Source: an uncultured cyanobacterium
Lineage (GTDB): Bacteria > Cyanobacteriota > Cyanobacteriia > PCC-6307 > Cyanobiaceae
DNA: 64,000 nt
Assembly: GCA_963765575.1 (NCBI GenBank)
Contig: CAVXWZ010000002.1
Span: 576,001 to 640,000 of the forward strand
Direction: 5' to 3'
The position numbers and the translations under genes are program-made. The notes beneath the pieces are model-generated. The model had not been told where the DNA came from and did no database searches. It saw nothing but the letters and a program-made list of their open reading frames with translations. Shown piece after piece: positions 48,869-61,354 of the stretch; the first letter of the stretch is position 1; each line of letters starts with the position of its first letter.

Positions 48869-50056
48869 ATGCCGCAGCCGACGCCAAAGCCGCACTCAGC
48901 GCAAATGGTTCCGCATCGCCAGCGGGCCATGGCGTTCCCCGGCACCGTGGCCAGGGCACTTCCCCATGGCCTGGCCCTGGGCCTGCTGCTGCTGAGCGCG
49001 GCCCCGCCGGCTGTGGCCGGCAAGGCCAAGCCTGTGGCCAAAGCGCTCGGGCCCCTGCCCGCCAGCTGGGTGGGCGACATTCCGGGCGCCTCGGGGGCGA
49101 TCCGCTGGCAGGTGGACCTGGAGGCCGACGGCACCTTCCAGCTGCGCCAGACCTACCTGAACCGCGACCCGGGGCAGAACTTCGACGACATCGGCCGCTG
49201 GCGGCTCGAGTCCGGCGGCAAGCGCCTGGTGCTGCAGGGCGGCCGCGAGGCCCCGGTGTTCCTGCAGCCGAAGCGCAACGGCCGCAGACTGCGCAAGCTC
49301 AACCTGGAGGGCCAGCGGATCCGCTCCGGGCTCAACGACCGGCTGACGCGCATGGACCCGCCCGAGCCGATCGACCCGCGCCTCAACCTGGTGGGCCTGT
49401 TCCGCTACATGGCCGATGCGCCCAGCATCGAGCTCTGTGCCACCGGCCGCACCCTGCCCGTGGCGATGGAGGCCGACTACCTGCCGCTGGAGCGGGCCTA
49501 CCTGCAAAGCAAAGCCGCTGGAGCGCCGCGGCTGGTGAGCATCGACGGCCTGATCACCAACCGGCCGTCAATGGAGGAGAGCCAGCCGCCGCAGCGCACC
49601 GTGGTGGTGAAGACCTTCGCCAAGCTCTCCGACCGCCAGAACTGTCCCAGTGCCGAGGCACTGCCGCTGCGGGGCACCAGCTGGCGGCTGCAGAGCCTGG
49701 AGCGTGAAGACGGGCCGGCTCCAGCCCCGACCAGCGGCCGGCCGGTGGAGCTGCTGTTCGATCCCGACAGCGACCGGGTGAGCGGTAGCGGTGGCTGCAA
49801 CCGCTTGATGGGGGGCTTCGAGCTCAACGGCGCCAAGCTGCGCTTCTCCCCCCTGGCCAGCACCAAGATGGCCTGCCCGCCGGCGCTGATGGACTTCGAG
49901 ATGCGGATGTTCCAGGCCCTTGAGCAGGTGCGGGGCTGGCAGATCGAGGCCGAAACCCTGGCGCTGCTGGATGCCGGCGGTCGCACGCTGCTGGCGTTCA
50001 AGGCCGTCCCCAAAGCCGATGGCCAGGCGGACAGCCCGGCTCAGACGACCCGGTAG
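48869..50056 (+). CDS. Secreted NlpE-N/META (HslJ) domain protein
   Basis: Signal peptide, DGTFQLRQTY, GLFRYMADA, GSGGCNR...STKMAC; start uncertain. Confidence 0.85.
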   Translation: MPQPTPKPHSAQMVPHRQRAMAFPGTVARALPHGLALGLLLLSAAPPAVAGKAKPVAKALGPLPASWVGDIPGASGAIRWQVDLEADGTFQLRQTYLNRDPGQNFDDIGRWRLESGGKRLVLQGGREAPVFLQPKRNGRRLRKLNLEGQRIRSGLNDRLTRMDPPEPIDPRLNLVGLFRYMADAPSIELCATGRTLPVAMEADYLPLERAYLQSKAAGAPRLVSIDGLITNRPSMEESQPPQRTVVVKTFAKLSDRQNCPSAEALPLRGTSWRLQSLEREDGPAPAPTSGRPVELLFDPDSDRVSGSGGCNRLMGGFELNGAKLRFSPLASTKMACPPALMDFEMRMFQALEQVRGWQIEAETLALLDAGGRTLLAFKAVPKADGQADSPAQTTR

Positions 50057-51097
50057 CGCTCGGGATCGGCGAGCATCGCCCGCAGATCCGGCACCGCGGC
50101 GAGCCGCTCGCCGGTGCGCAGCCGCAGCAGGCGCGAGTGGAACGCCCCCCGTTCCACACCCTGCCAACGCCAGCACAGCACCTGCCAGTCGAGGCCCAGC
50201 AGCCGATAGAGCCAGCTGCTCAGCCGCAGCCGCCGGCGTAACCAGCTCGTCGCCCTGGGAGCGAGCGTCCATGGGGCGGCCCACCTCCCGGGCCAGCCGC
50301 CGCAGCCGGCGAGGGATGCGGGCACGGAACTGGCGGGGGCTGCACTGGCTCAGCAGCTGCACCAGCCGCTGGTGCTCGGGGGTGCTGGCGTCGTAGCGCC
50401 GCCTGCTGCCGCGGTGGTTGTGGGTCACCACCCGCACCCCGAGCAATCGGGATCCGAACACGAAGCGGCCCCCCAGGCGCCAGGCCCGCAGCAGCCAGTC
50501 GCGCAGGGGGGTGCGCCAGAGGCGGCTGGAGTGGGTCCAGGGCCCGACACGCCGGGCGAAGGCCGTGCGCACGAGCCAGAAACTGCTGGGGTCATAGAAA
50601 AGATCCTCGGGCCGCAGGAGCAGGCGCAGATCCCGCAACTGCGGCCGCACCGTCAGCCGCTTCATGAAGGCGGGACGGATGCAGCCATCAGCATCCAGGT
50701 GGCAGTCGATCAGCTTGACCGCCGGGGCGATGAGGATGTCGGCCCGGCTGCGGCGCAGCAGGGGCAAGGCCTGCTGCAGATGGTCCCTGAGCAGGATGTC
50801 GTCGTGGTTGAGAAAGCAGACCACCGGAGCACGGGCCAGGGCCAGGCCGAAGGAATTGGGCCCGGACTGTTCACCGAAGCGCTCGGTGAGGTTGTAAAAA
50901 CGCAGGCGCGGATCGGCCAGAGCCGCCACCATCGCACCGGTCTCGGCATCGCAGCAGTCGCCCACGATGATGGCCTCCCAGGCGTTGACGTTCTGCAGCT
51001 GCAGCGCCCGCAACGTGCTGCGCAGGGCATCCACCCGCTTGTAGGTGGCGATCACAAAGCTCACCCGGGGCTTCTTCACTGCGTCGATCGCCATCAC
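50041..51097 (-). CDS. Glycosyltransferase family 2 (frameshift near 50250-50330)
   Basis: VSFVIATYKR, VGD, FLNHDD; C-terminus continues in the 50041..50325 frame. Confidence 0.85.
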
Positions 51098-51111
51098 CTC
51101 ATCCCATCGAC

Positions 51112-52464
51112 TCAGAGGTAGGCCAGCAGCATGGAGATCAGGCTGCGCGCCTCATTCGAAAACAGGCCCTGGTGATGCACCAACCGGGAAATCTGTCCGA
51201 GGGTCATCCAGCTCAATGTCTCCGACTCGGGCAGGGGCTCGGCGTCATCCAGCAGGCAGATGCTGTAGCGCGCCACGGAACGGTAGAAGCGGCCACCCTC
51301 GTCGGAGTGGAGGTTGGAGAGCACCGGCACGGCCCGTCGGCTGAGCACCTCCAGCTGGTGCTCTTCAGGATCGAGGGCCGGAATCGGCGAGGGCGCACCG
51401 CCGGCATCCTGCACCGCCGGGCCGTACTGGAAGCCCTCCTGAAAGCCGATTTCCGGGCGGCAGCGGAACAGGACATGCAGCACCCCCCGGATCTTGCGGA
51501 CGAGCACCACAGCGGTGCCCTCATCGACCTGGGCCACCAGGGGCTGATCCCAGCTCTGCACCTCCCGCTCGCTGCAGGTCACCGCCACCTGCCGCACGTC
51601 AAAGCTGCCGGCTGGACCCAGCAGCCGCGGTTCCTCGCCGTTCAGCCAGCCCTGCTGATCGTCCAGGGGCACCACGCCCACGCTGAAGGGATGGGCGGCC
51701 CGCACCGCGCTCAACTGCGCCACGATGGCGGCGTCACTGGCGCACTGTTCGGCCTCACCGGCCTGAAAAGAACGCAGCAGGTCCTCGCCAAATCCCCCCC
51801 GACCACGCCAGCGCGCGAAGGGTGAGCCGGCAGCGGCCAGCGCGGTCCAGTCGGAGGTCGCCAGCACCGAGCGGGCATCGGTGTTGATCTGGAAGTCCGT
51901 CACCAGCAGGTCACACACCTCGGCCACCGGTGCCCAGTGGTAGGGGCCGTCGCAGGGGAGCTCGAGATCCTCGGGCACCTCCACGGTCATGTTGCGGTTG
52001 TACTTGCCGAGGAAGCGGGTGCCCTGCTCCGACTGCAGGCTGTCGGCGCGCACGCTGGCCACCGGGTCACCGGTGAAGTAGTTGAGGAAGGGGGTGGCCT
52101 TGCCCTGGTGGAGGCGCTGGTAGTTGCTCTTGGTGGCCTGCACCGAGGGCGCCGCCTGACAGAGGCCGATGTTGCCGGGTTCGGGCTTGGCCTGAATCAG
52201 CAGGTGGGGAACCCCGGCCCGCCGCTGCAGCAGAAAACCGAGGATGCCGATCTCGGGCTGGTTGATCAGGGGCTGGCGCAGGGTGACCGCCCCGCCGGCC
52301 GTGCTTTCGACCCCGACGATGCTGAAGAAACCACTGGAGTGGTGCCGCAGCGCACCATCGCGATAGGCCCATTCCCGCGACTCGCGCCAGGGGATTTCCT
52401 GCACAGCCATGTCACAGAGCTCGCGCCGACGCTCCAGCCAGGAGGACAGGGACTCGGGTGGCAT
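51112..52464 (-). CDS. NDP-hexose 2,3-dehydratase family protein
   Basis: Duplicated domain: GFFSIVG, QPEIGILG, QAKPEPGN, PSVQATKSNY, SEQGTRFLGK.NRN; second WDQPL, SDEGGRFY, NEARSL. Confidence 0.9.
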   Translation of the reverse strand: MPPESLSSWLERRRELCDMAVQEIPWRESREWAYRDGALRHHSSGFFSIVGVESTAGGAVTLRQPLINQPEIGILGFLLQRRAGVPHLLIQAKPEPGNIGLCQAAPSVQATKSNYQRLHQGKATPFLNYFTGDPVASVRADSLQSEQGTRFLGKYNRNMTVEVPEDLELPCDGPYHWAPVAEVCDLLVTDFQINTDARSVLATSDWTALAAAGSPFARWRGRGGFGEDLLRSFQAGEAEQCASDAAIVAQLSAVRAAHPFSVGVVPLDDQQGWLNGEEPRLLGPAGSFDVRQVAVTCSEREVQSWDQPLVAQVDEGTAVVLVRKIRGVLHVLFRCRPEIGFQEGFQYGPAVQDAGGAPSPIPALDPEEHQLEVLSRRAVPVLSNLHSDEGGRFYRSVARYSICLLDDAEPLPESETLSWMTLGQISRLVHHQGLFSNEARSLISMLLAYL

Positions 52465-52542
52465 GGAGAACGGTTGGGGAGTGGGGTGGCCTGGACACAC
52501 CAGGCGCCGAAGCTAACCCGGCCCCCGCAGGGCGAAGCCGGC

Positions 52543-53638
52543 TCAGCTGGCCACGTAGGCCTCCACCGCGTCACCGAGCTGGCGCAGACGGGCCAGGGCA
52601 TCGCGCTCGAGGTTGCGCACCCGGTCACGGCTGATGCCGATGATGCGGCCGATGCCGGTGAGGCTCATGGGTTCGCCGCCCTCGGGCGCATCGGGGCAGG
52701 GGATGCCGTAGCGCATCTTCAGCACCCGCCCCTGCAGCTCCGGCAGCTGCTCCAGCAGCGCCCGCAGGTCACCCTTCAGGCACTCACCGTCCACCCGCTC
52801 ATCCGGCAGTTCCTCATCCCCGGCCAGCAGCTCCAGCAGCTCCGTGTCCTCACCGTCGCCCACCTTCGTCTCCAGGCTCACCGGCTGCCGCGCACGGCAC
52901 AGCAGGTCCTTCACCTCCTCCTCCGGCAGCTCCACGAACTCCGCCAGTTCCGTCACCGTCGGCGTGCGACCCAGCGTCTGGCTCAGCTCCCGCTGACCCT
53001 TCTTCAGCTTGTTCAGCGTTTCGGTGATGTGGATCGGCAGCCGGATCGTGCGGCTCTTCTCCGGCGATCGCCCGCGTGATCCCCTGCCGGATCCACCAGT
53101 AGGCATAGGTTGAAAATTTGTAGCCCCGCGTCGGGTCGAACTTCTCCACACCCCGCACCAGCCCGATCGTGCCCTCCTGGATCAGGTCCAGCAGTTCCAT
53201 GTTCCGCTTGGTGTATTTCTTCGCCACGCTCACCACCAGCCGCAGGTTCGCCGCCACCATCCGCTCCTTCGCCCGCCGGCCCGCCTGCAGCCGCTTCTTC
53301 AGCAGCAGCGGGCTCAGACCCGCCGCCGCCGCCAGCTCCACACCGCTCGGCTTGCTGCCGCCGGCCCGCATCGTCAGTTCCTGTTCGATCTCCTCCAGAC
53401 CCATCAGCTCCTGCACCTGGCGGCCCAGCGTGATCTCCTGCTCGTGGCTCAGCAGCGGCACCCGGCCGATGTCCCGCAGGTAGCTGCGCACCAGGTCGCC
53501 ATCGGCGGCGGGCTGGGAGCGGGAGGTCTTGGGGGCGATGGAGAGCTTGCGGGCGGGGCCGGAAGCCGCGGCAGCCGTGAGGCTGCTGGGCTGGTCAGTG
53601 CTGGGACGGTCCTGTACGGAAGCCAGTGCGGTAGTCAT
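52543..53638 (-). CDS. RpoD-family (group 2) sigma factor (frameshift near 53062)
   Basis: [53 protein letters not shown]. Confidence 0.93.
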
Positions 53639-53748
53639 GGCGCTGGTCTTGAAGTTCCGTAAAGCCTAACCTGAAGAAGTGTGAACGCCTCTCATCTGAC
53701 TGTTCGGATTGCCGCGGCGGTCCCCGCCAGCGCTGCCGCAAGCCTGGC

Positions 53749-55156
53749 TCAGACACCGATCTTGGCCCGCAGCAGCCAGGCGGCGGTGGAGAGATAGATG
53801 AACACTCCGGCCACGTCAACCGCCGTGGTGATGAACGGTGCCGACATCAGCGCCGGATCCAGCCCCATGCGGTTGAACAGCAGCGGCAGGGAGGAGCCGG
53901 CGACCGCCGCCAGCAGGGAGATGGCCACCAGGCTCACCGCCACCGCCAGGGCCACCAGGGCGCTGCCCCCCATCAGCCAGGCCCAGGGGAACACCACGCA
54001 GGCCAGCAGCGCCCCGAGCAGCAACCCGGCCAGGGTTTCCCGTGCCACCGCCCGGGCCAGGCCCAACTGCTGGATGCGCTGGGTGCTGAGGCCGCGGATC
54101 ACCACCGTGGAGCTCTGGGCGCCCACGTTGCCCCCCGTGCCGATCAGCAGCGGAATGAAGGCGGCCAGCACCACCAGCCGCTCCAACACCGCCTGGTGGC
54201 CGGCGATCACCGCCGAGGTGCCGGAGTTGGCCACCAGCAGCACCAGCAGCCACACCACCCGCCGCCGGGCCACCGAGAACAGGCTGCTGCGGAAGTAGTC
54301 GTCCTCATCGCCCGCCTGCACCGCTCCCGCCGCATACAGGTCCCGCGTCGCCTCCTGCTCGATCACATCGATCACGTCGTCCACCGTCACGATCCCCACC
54401 AGCCGCTGCTCACGGTCCACCACAGGCATCGCCAGAAAGTCGTACCGCTGGATCGCTCGCGCCACCTCCTCCTGGTCCGTGTCCGTGCTCACCCTCACCA
54501 CATCCCGCGTCATCACATCCCCGATCCGCTCCTCCGGATCCGACACCACCAGGTCCCGCAACGACAAAATCCCCGTCAGGTGGCGCGACCCATCCGTCAC
54601 ATACAGCGAATACACCGTCTCCGTATCCCGCGCCCGCCGCCGCACCAGATCCAGCGCCTGGCGCCGCGCTGTGAAACTCCTTCAGGTCGATGAACTCCGG
54701 CGTCATCAACCGACCCGCCGTCTCCGGCGCATACCCCAGCAGTTGCGCCGTCACCCGACGCTCCGCCGGACTCAGTTCCGCCAGCAGCCGCCGCACCACC
54801 TTCGCCGGCAGTTCGTCGAACAGCCGCGCCCGGTCGTCCGGTGACATCTCCTCCACCAGCTCCAGCACCTCCCCCGAGCGCAGACGCTCCAGCAGGCTCT
54901 GCTGCACCTCCACCGGCAGATACTCATAAATGTCGATCGCCTCGTCCTTCGGCAGCAGCCGGAACGCCAGCGCCTGCAGCGTCCGCGGCAGACGCCCGAT
55001 CGCCTCCGCCGCATCCGCCTCCTGCACAGGCCGCAGCAGCAGCTTCGCTCCGTCGTAGTTCCCCGCCTGCAGCAGCGCCTCCAGCTGCGACGCCACCACC
55101 TCAGCGATGGGCGTGGCGCCGGCTTCGGCTCGGGTGGTCCCGGGGGTGAGGCTCAT
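53749..55156 (-). CDS. mgtE: Magnesium transporter MgtE, copy 1 (frameshift near 54660)
   Basis: TAGRLMT, CBS pair, GTGGNVGAQS, DPALMSAPFITT..D. Confidence 0.93.
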
Positions 55157-56525
55157 GGTGTCGACCCCAGGCCAGGCAACAGCCAGCGGGCCGTGCGCAG
55201 GTAGATGACCACCCCGACCACATCCACGGCCGAGGTGATGAACGGTGCTGACATCAGCGCCGGATCCAGCCCCATGCGGTTGAACAGCAGCGGCAGGGAC
55301 GAGCCGGCGACGGCCGCCAGGGTGGTGATCGCCACCAGGCTGAGGCCGGTGGTCCAGGCCACGCGCAGATCCCCACCCACCTGCCAGGCCCAGGGCACCA
55401 CCGCTGCCATCAGCATCAGGCCCAGGATCAGGCCGGCGATGCCCTCACGCAGCACGGTGAGGCGGCGGCCGTTGATCAGCAGCTGCTGGGTGCTGAGGCC
55501 GCGGATCACCACCGTGGAGCTCTGGGCGCCCACGTTGCCCCCCGTGCCGATCAGCAGCGGAATGAAGGCGGCCAGCACCACCACCCGGCTGAGGATGTCC
55601 TCCTCACGGGCGATCACCGCAGCAGTGATGCTGTTGGCCACCAGCAGCACCAGCAGCCAGACGATGCGGCGGCGAACCACGGTGAACAGGCCGGTCTGGA
55701 AGTAGTCGTCCTCATCGCCCGCCTGCACCGCTCCCGCCGCATACAGGTCCCGCGTCGCCTCCTGCTCGATCACGTCGATCACGTCGTCCACCGTCACGAT
55801 CCCCACCAACCGCTGCTCACGGTCCACCACAGGCATCGCCAGAAAGTCGTACCGCTGGATCGCTCGCGCCACCTCCTCCTGGTCCGTGTCCGTGCTCACC
55901 CTCACCACATCCCGCGTCATCACATCCCCGATCCGCTCCTCCGGATCCGCCACCACCAGGTCCCGCAACGACAAAATCCCCGTCAGGTGGCGCGACCCAT
56001 CCGTCACATACAGCGAATACACCGTCTCGGTATCCCGCGCCCGCCGCCGCACCAGATCCAGCGCCTGGCGCCGCGCTGTGAAACTCCTTCAGGTCGATGA
56101 ACTCCGGCGTCATCAACCGACCCGCCGTCTCCGGCGCATACCCCAGCAGCTGCGCCGTCACCCGACGCTCCGCCGGGCTCAGTTCCGCCAGCAGACGCCG
56201 CACCACCTTCGCCGGCAGTTCGTCGAACAGCCGCGCCCGGTCGTCCGGTGACATCTCCTCCACCAGCTCCAGCACCTCCCCCGAGCGCAGACGCTCCAGC
56301 AGGCTCTGCTGCACCTCCACCGGCAGATACTCATAAATATCGATCGCCTCGTCCTTCGGCAGCAGCCGGAACGCCAGCGCCTGCAGCGTCCGCGGCAGAC
56401 GTCCGATCGCCTCCGCCGCGTCCACCTCCTGCACAGGCCGCAGCAGCAGCTTCGCTCCGTCGTAGTTCCCCGCCTGCAGCAGCGCCTCCAGCTGCGACGC
56501 CACCACCTCAGCGATGGGCGTGGCG
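54291..56525. repeat. Near-identical ~828-bp direct repeat (54291-55118 and 55698-56525)
   Basis: Direct comparison; constant offset of 1407 bp. Confidence 0.93.
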
Positions 56526-56569
56526 TGATTCACCCCACCGCGCTCAACCGAGCCGTTCGCCTCGCCCAT
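55153..56569 (-). CDS. mgtE: Magnesium transporter MgtE, copy 2 (frameshift near 56067)
   Basis: Same motifs; ATGA overlap with copy 1. Confidence 0.93.
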
Positions 56570-56665
56570 CGCCAGCTGCCACGGCGCTAGGAGTTTATGG
56601 GCCAGCGCCGGCCGGGGCGCAGGAGGCGACGGCTAGCGTCCGGGCTTCTGAACCGGATGCCGTCC

Positions 56666-57145
56666 ATGGGCGTGAACGTGAGTGATGTGGTGGTGCGCGA
56701 CGCCAAGGGCAGTGATCGCCGCCTGGGCGAGTGGGGCGGCCAGGTGCTGCTGATCGTGAATCTGGCCAGCCGCTGCGGCTTCACCCGCCAGTACGCCGGC
56801 CTGCAGACATTGCAGGACACCTACGGCCCCCGCGGCTTCAGCGTGCTCGGCTTCCCCTGCAACGACTTCGGCGGCCAGGAGCCCGGCACCCTGGCGGAGA
56901 TCCAGCAGTTCTGCTCCAGCACCTACGGCGCCGCCTTCCCCCTGTTCGACAAGGTGCACGCCAGCGGCGCCAAGAGCGAGCCCTACAGCACCCTCACCCA
57001 GGTCGAGCCCGCCGGCGATGTGGCCTGGAACTTCGAGAAATTCCTGATCGGCAAAGACGGCATGGTGCAGGGCCGTTTCAAAAGTGCCGTGGAGCCCGAC
57101 AGCGCCGAACTCACCGGCGCCATCGAGGCGGCCCTGGCCGCCTGA
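56666..57145 (+). CDS. Glutathione peroxidase (Cys-type)
   Basis: NLASRCGFT.QY, LGFPCNDFGGQEPG, WNFEKFL. Confidence 0.95.
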   Translation: MGVNVSDVVVRDAKGSDRRLGEWGGQVLLIVNLASRCGFTRQYAGLQTLQDTYGPRGFSVLGFPCNDFGGQEPGTLAEIQQFCSSTYGAAFPLFDKVHASGAKSEPYSTLTQVEPAGDVAWNFEKFLIGKDGMVQGRFKSAVEPDSAELTGAIEAALAA

Positions 57146-57172
57146 ACGGCTCCAGCCGCCAGGGCAGGCGGA

Positions 57173-57523
57173 TCAGCCGGCCAGCCAACCCCGGCGCAGG
57201 CCGGCGGTGGTGGGCAGTTCCACCTGCAGCCAACGTTCGCCGCCGGGGTGAGCCCAGTGGCGCAGCACCCGCAGGGGCACCCCCGGCTGGGTGCGGCTGA
57301 TCGCTGGAGCCTGGTGGCGCGGCGCGCAGCGCAGGGCCTGCGGCACCACCGACAGCAGCGGCTCCCGGCTGCTCTGGCGGCGGCGCAGCTCGGGCAGGCG
57401 CCAGTCGGCACCACCGGCGGGCAGGCCGGCAGGTGCGACCAGGGCGAATCCCAGCAGGGCGGCCAGGCGCCAGGCTGATGGCGTCACGCGGGAGGGTGGC
57501 GTCACGCGGGAGGGTGGCGTCAC
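57173..57523 (-). CDS. SH3-domain protein with signal sequence
   Basis: LR..P, G.PLRVL, WLQV, RGWL. Confidence 0.7.
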   Translation of the reverse strand: MTPPSRVTPPSRVTPSAWRLAALLGFALVAPAGLPAGGADWRLPELRRRQSSREPLLSVVPQALRCAPRHQAPAISRTQPGVPLRVLRHWAHPGGERWLQVELPTTAGLRRGWLAG

Positions 57524-57528
57524 GCGGG
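57479..57528. repeat. 18-bp tandem repeat, ~2.8 copies (TGGCGTCACGCGGGAGGG)
   Basis: Read directly; encodes VTPPSR repeats. Confidence 0.9.
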
Positions 57529-57561
57529 GGAGGGGGTCAAAGGAAAGCGGGCGCGGCCATT

Positions 57562-59604
<2,043 letters not shown>

Positions 59605-59660
59605 CTACCACCGCTCCCCGGGGCCGACGGTGGCGGCGGCGGGCCTGGCAGGGTGGGGGG

Positions 59661-60620
59661 ATGGGCAGCCACCAACCGCTGGTGATCGTGCTGCTGGGCC
59701 CCACGGCCAGCGGCAAGACGGAGCTGGCCATCGCCCTGGCCAGGGCCCTCGATCTGGCGGTGCTGAACGTGGACTCGCGCCAGCTCTACCGGGGCATGGA
59801 CGTCGGCACCGCCAAGCCCAACCGGGCCCAGCGCGCCGCCGCCCGCCACGAGCTGCTGGATCTGCGCGAGCCCGACCGGCCCATCAACCTGCAGGAGTTC
59901 TGCGATCTGGCCCGCTCGGCGCTCGCCACGGAGTTCGCCCGCCCCCGCAGCGGGCCGCCGCTGGCCCTGCTGGCGGGGGGCAGCGGCCTCTATCTCAAGG
60001 CCCTCAGCCAGGGCCTGCAGCCGCCGGCGGTGCCGCCCCAGCCCGAGCTGCGCCGCCAGCTTGAGGCGTTGGGCCAGCCGCTCTGCCACCAGCTGCTGCA
60101 GGGCAGCGACCCCGCCGCCGCCGCCCGCATCGCCCCCGCCGACGCGGTGCGCACCCAGCGAGCCCTCGAGGTGCTGTATGCCACCGGCCAGCCCCTCTCC
60201 AGCCAGCAGCGCGCCACCCCACCGCCCTGGCAGGTGCTGGAGCTGGGACTGGATCCGGCCGACCTCAAGGAGCGCATCGAGCGGCGCAGCCAGGCCCTCT
60301 ACGACGGCGGCCTGGTGGCGGAAACCGAGGCCCTGATGGCGCGCTACGGGGCCGACCTGCCCCTGCTGGAGACGATCGGCTACGGCGAGGCCCGGCGCCT
60401 GCTGGCCGGGGAGTTGGAGCGCAGCGCGGCGGTGGCCCTCACCAGCAGGCGCACCCGCCAGTTCGCCAAGCGCCAGCGCACCTGGTTCCGCCGCCAACAC
60501 CGGCCGCTGTGGCTCAGCGCCACCGACGTGGCCGGGCAACTGCAACAGGCATTGCAGGAGATCGAAGGGCGTCTAGGGTGCTGGCAGAGACCCAATCGTC
60601 CGACTCCAACCAGCGACTGA
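59661..60620 (+). CDS. miaA: tRNA dimethylallyltransferase
   Basis: [33 protein letters not shown]. Confidence 0.97.
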   Translation: MGSHQPLVIVLLGPTASGKTELAIALARALDLAVLNVDSRQLYRGMDVGTAKPNRAQRAAARHELLDLREPDRPINLQEFCDLARSALATEFARPRSGPPLALLAGGSGLYLKALSQGLQPPAVPPQPELRRQLEALGQPLCHQLLQGSDPAAAARIAPADAVRTQRALEVLYATGQPLSSQQRATPPPWQVLELGLDPADLKERIERRSQALYDGGLVAETEALMARYGADLPLLETIGYGEARRLLAGELERSAAVALTSRRTRQFAKRQRTWFRRQHRPLWLSATDVAGQLQQALQEIEGRLGCWQRPNRPTPTSD

Positions 60621-61340
60621 ATGCCACCACGTCCCCGTTTTGACCGTCGTGCTCCCGTGCGGGAGCTGCCCAACATCAACGAACGCATCAACTATCCCCA
60701 GTTGCGGGTGGTTGATTTCGACGGCTCCCAACTCGGCGTGATCTCGCGAGCGGATGCGCTGACTGTGGCCAGCGACCGCGATCTGGATCTGGTGCTGGTG
60801 AGCGAGAAGGCTGATCCGCCGGTGTGCCGGATCATGGACTACGGCAAATACAAGTTCGAACAGGAAAAGAAGGCCAAGGAAGCGAAGAAGAAATCGCATC
60901 AGACCGAAGTCAAGGAGGTCAAGATGCGCTACAAGATCGATCAGCACGATTACGACGTGCGTATCGGTCAGGCCAACCGTTTCCTCAAGGCCGGGGACAA
61001 GGTGAAGTGCACCGTGATCTTCCGCGGGCGTGAGATCCAACACACAGCCCTGGCCGAGGTGCTGCTCAAGCGCATGGCCAAGGACCTGGAGGCGGCGGCC
61101 GAGGTCCAGCAGCCGCCCAAGCGCGAGGGCCGCAACATGATCATGTTTCTGAGCCCGCGCAAGACCGCTGCCGCCAAGGCCGCCGCCAGTGGCGGCTCCG
61201 GCGGCGGCTCCAGTGCAGCTGGTGCCGCTGGCAAAGGCATCATCCGCAGCAAGCCGCAGGTGACCAGGTCGGAGAGCGCCGCTCCAGCTGCCGCACCAAG
61301 TGCCGCACCAACAGCGCCCCCCAGCCCCACCGAAGCCTGA
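60621..61340 (+). CDS. infC: Translation initiation factor IF-3
   Basis: [25 protein letters not shown]. Confidence 0.97.
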   Translation: MPPRPRFDRRAPVRELPNINERINYPQLRVVDFDGSQLGVISRADALTVASDRDLDLVLVSEKADPPVCRIMDYGKYKFEQEKKAKEAKKKSHQTEVKEVKMRYKIDQHDYDVRIGQANRFLKAGDKVKCTVIFRGREIQHTALAEVLLKRMAKDLEAAAEVQQPPKREGRNMIMFLSPRKTAAAKAAASGGSGGGSSAAGAAGKGIIRSKPQVTRSESAAPAAAPSAAPTAPPSPTEA

Positions 61341-61354
61341 GAGCCAAGCCTGAA

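Noticed and set aside
56666..57145. Selenocysteine in glutathione peroxidase
   Set aside because: The active-site codon is TGC (Cys); there is no in-frame TGA.
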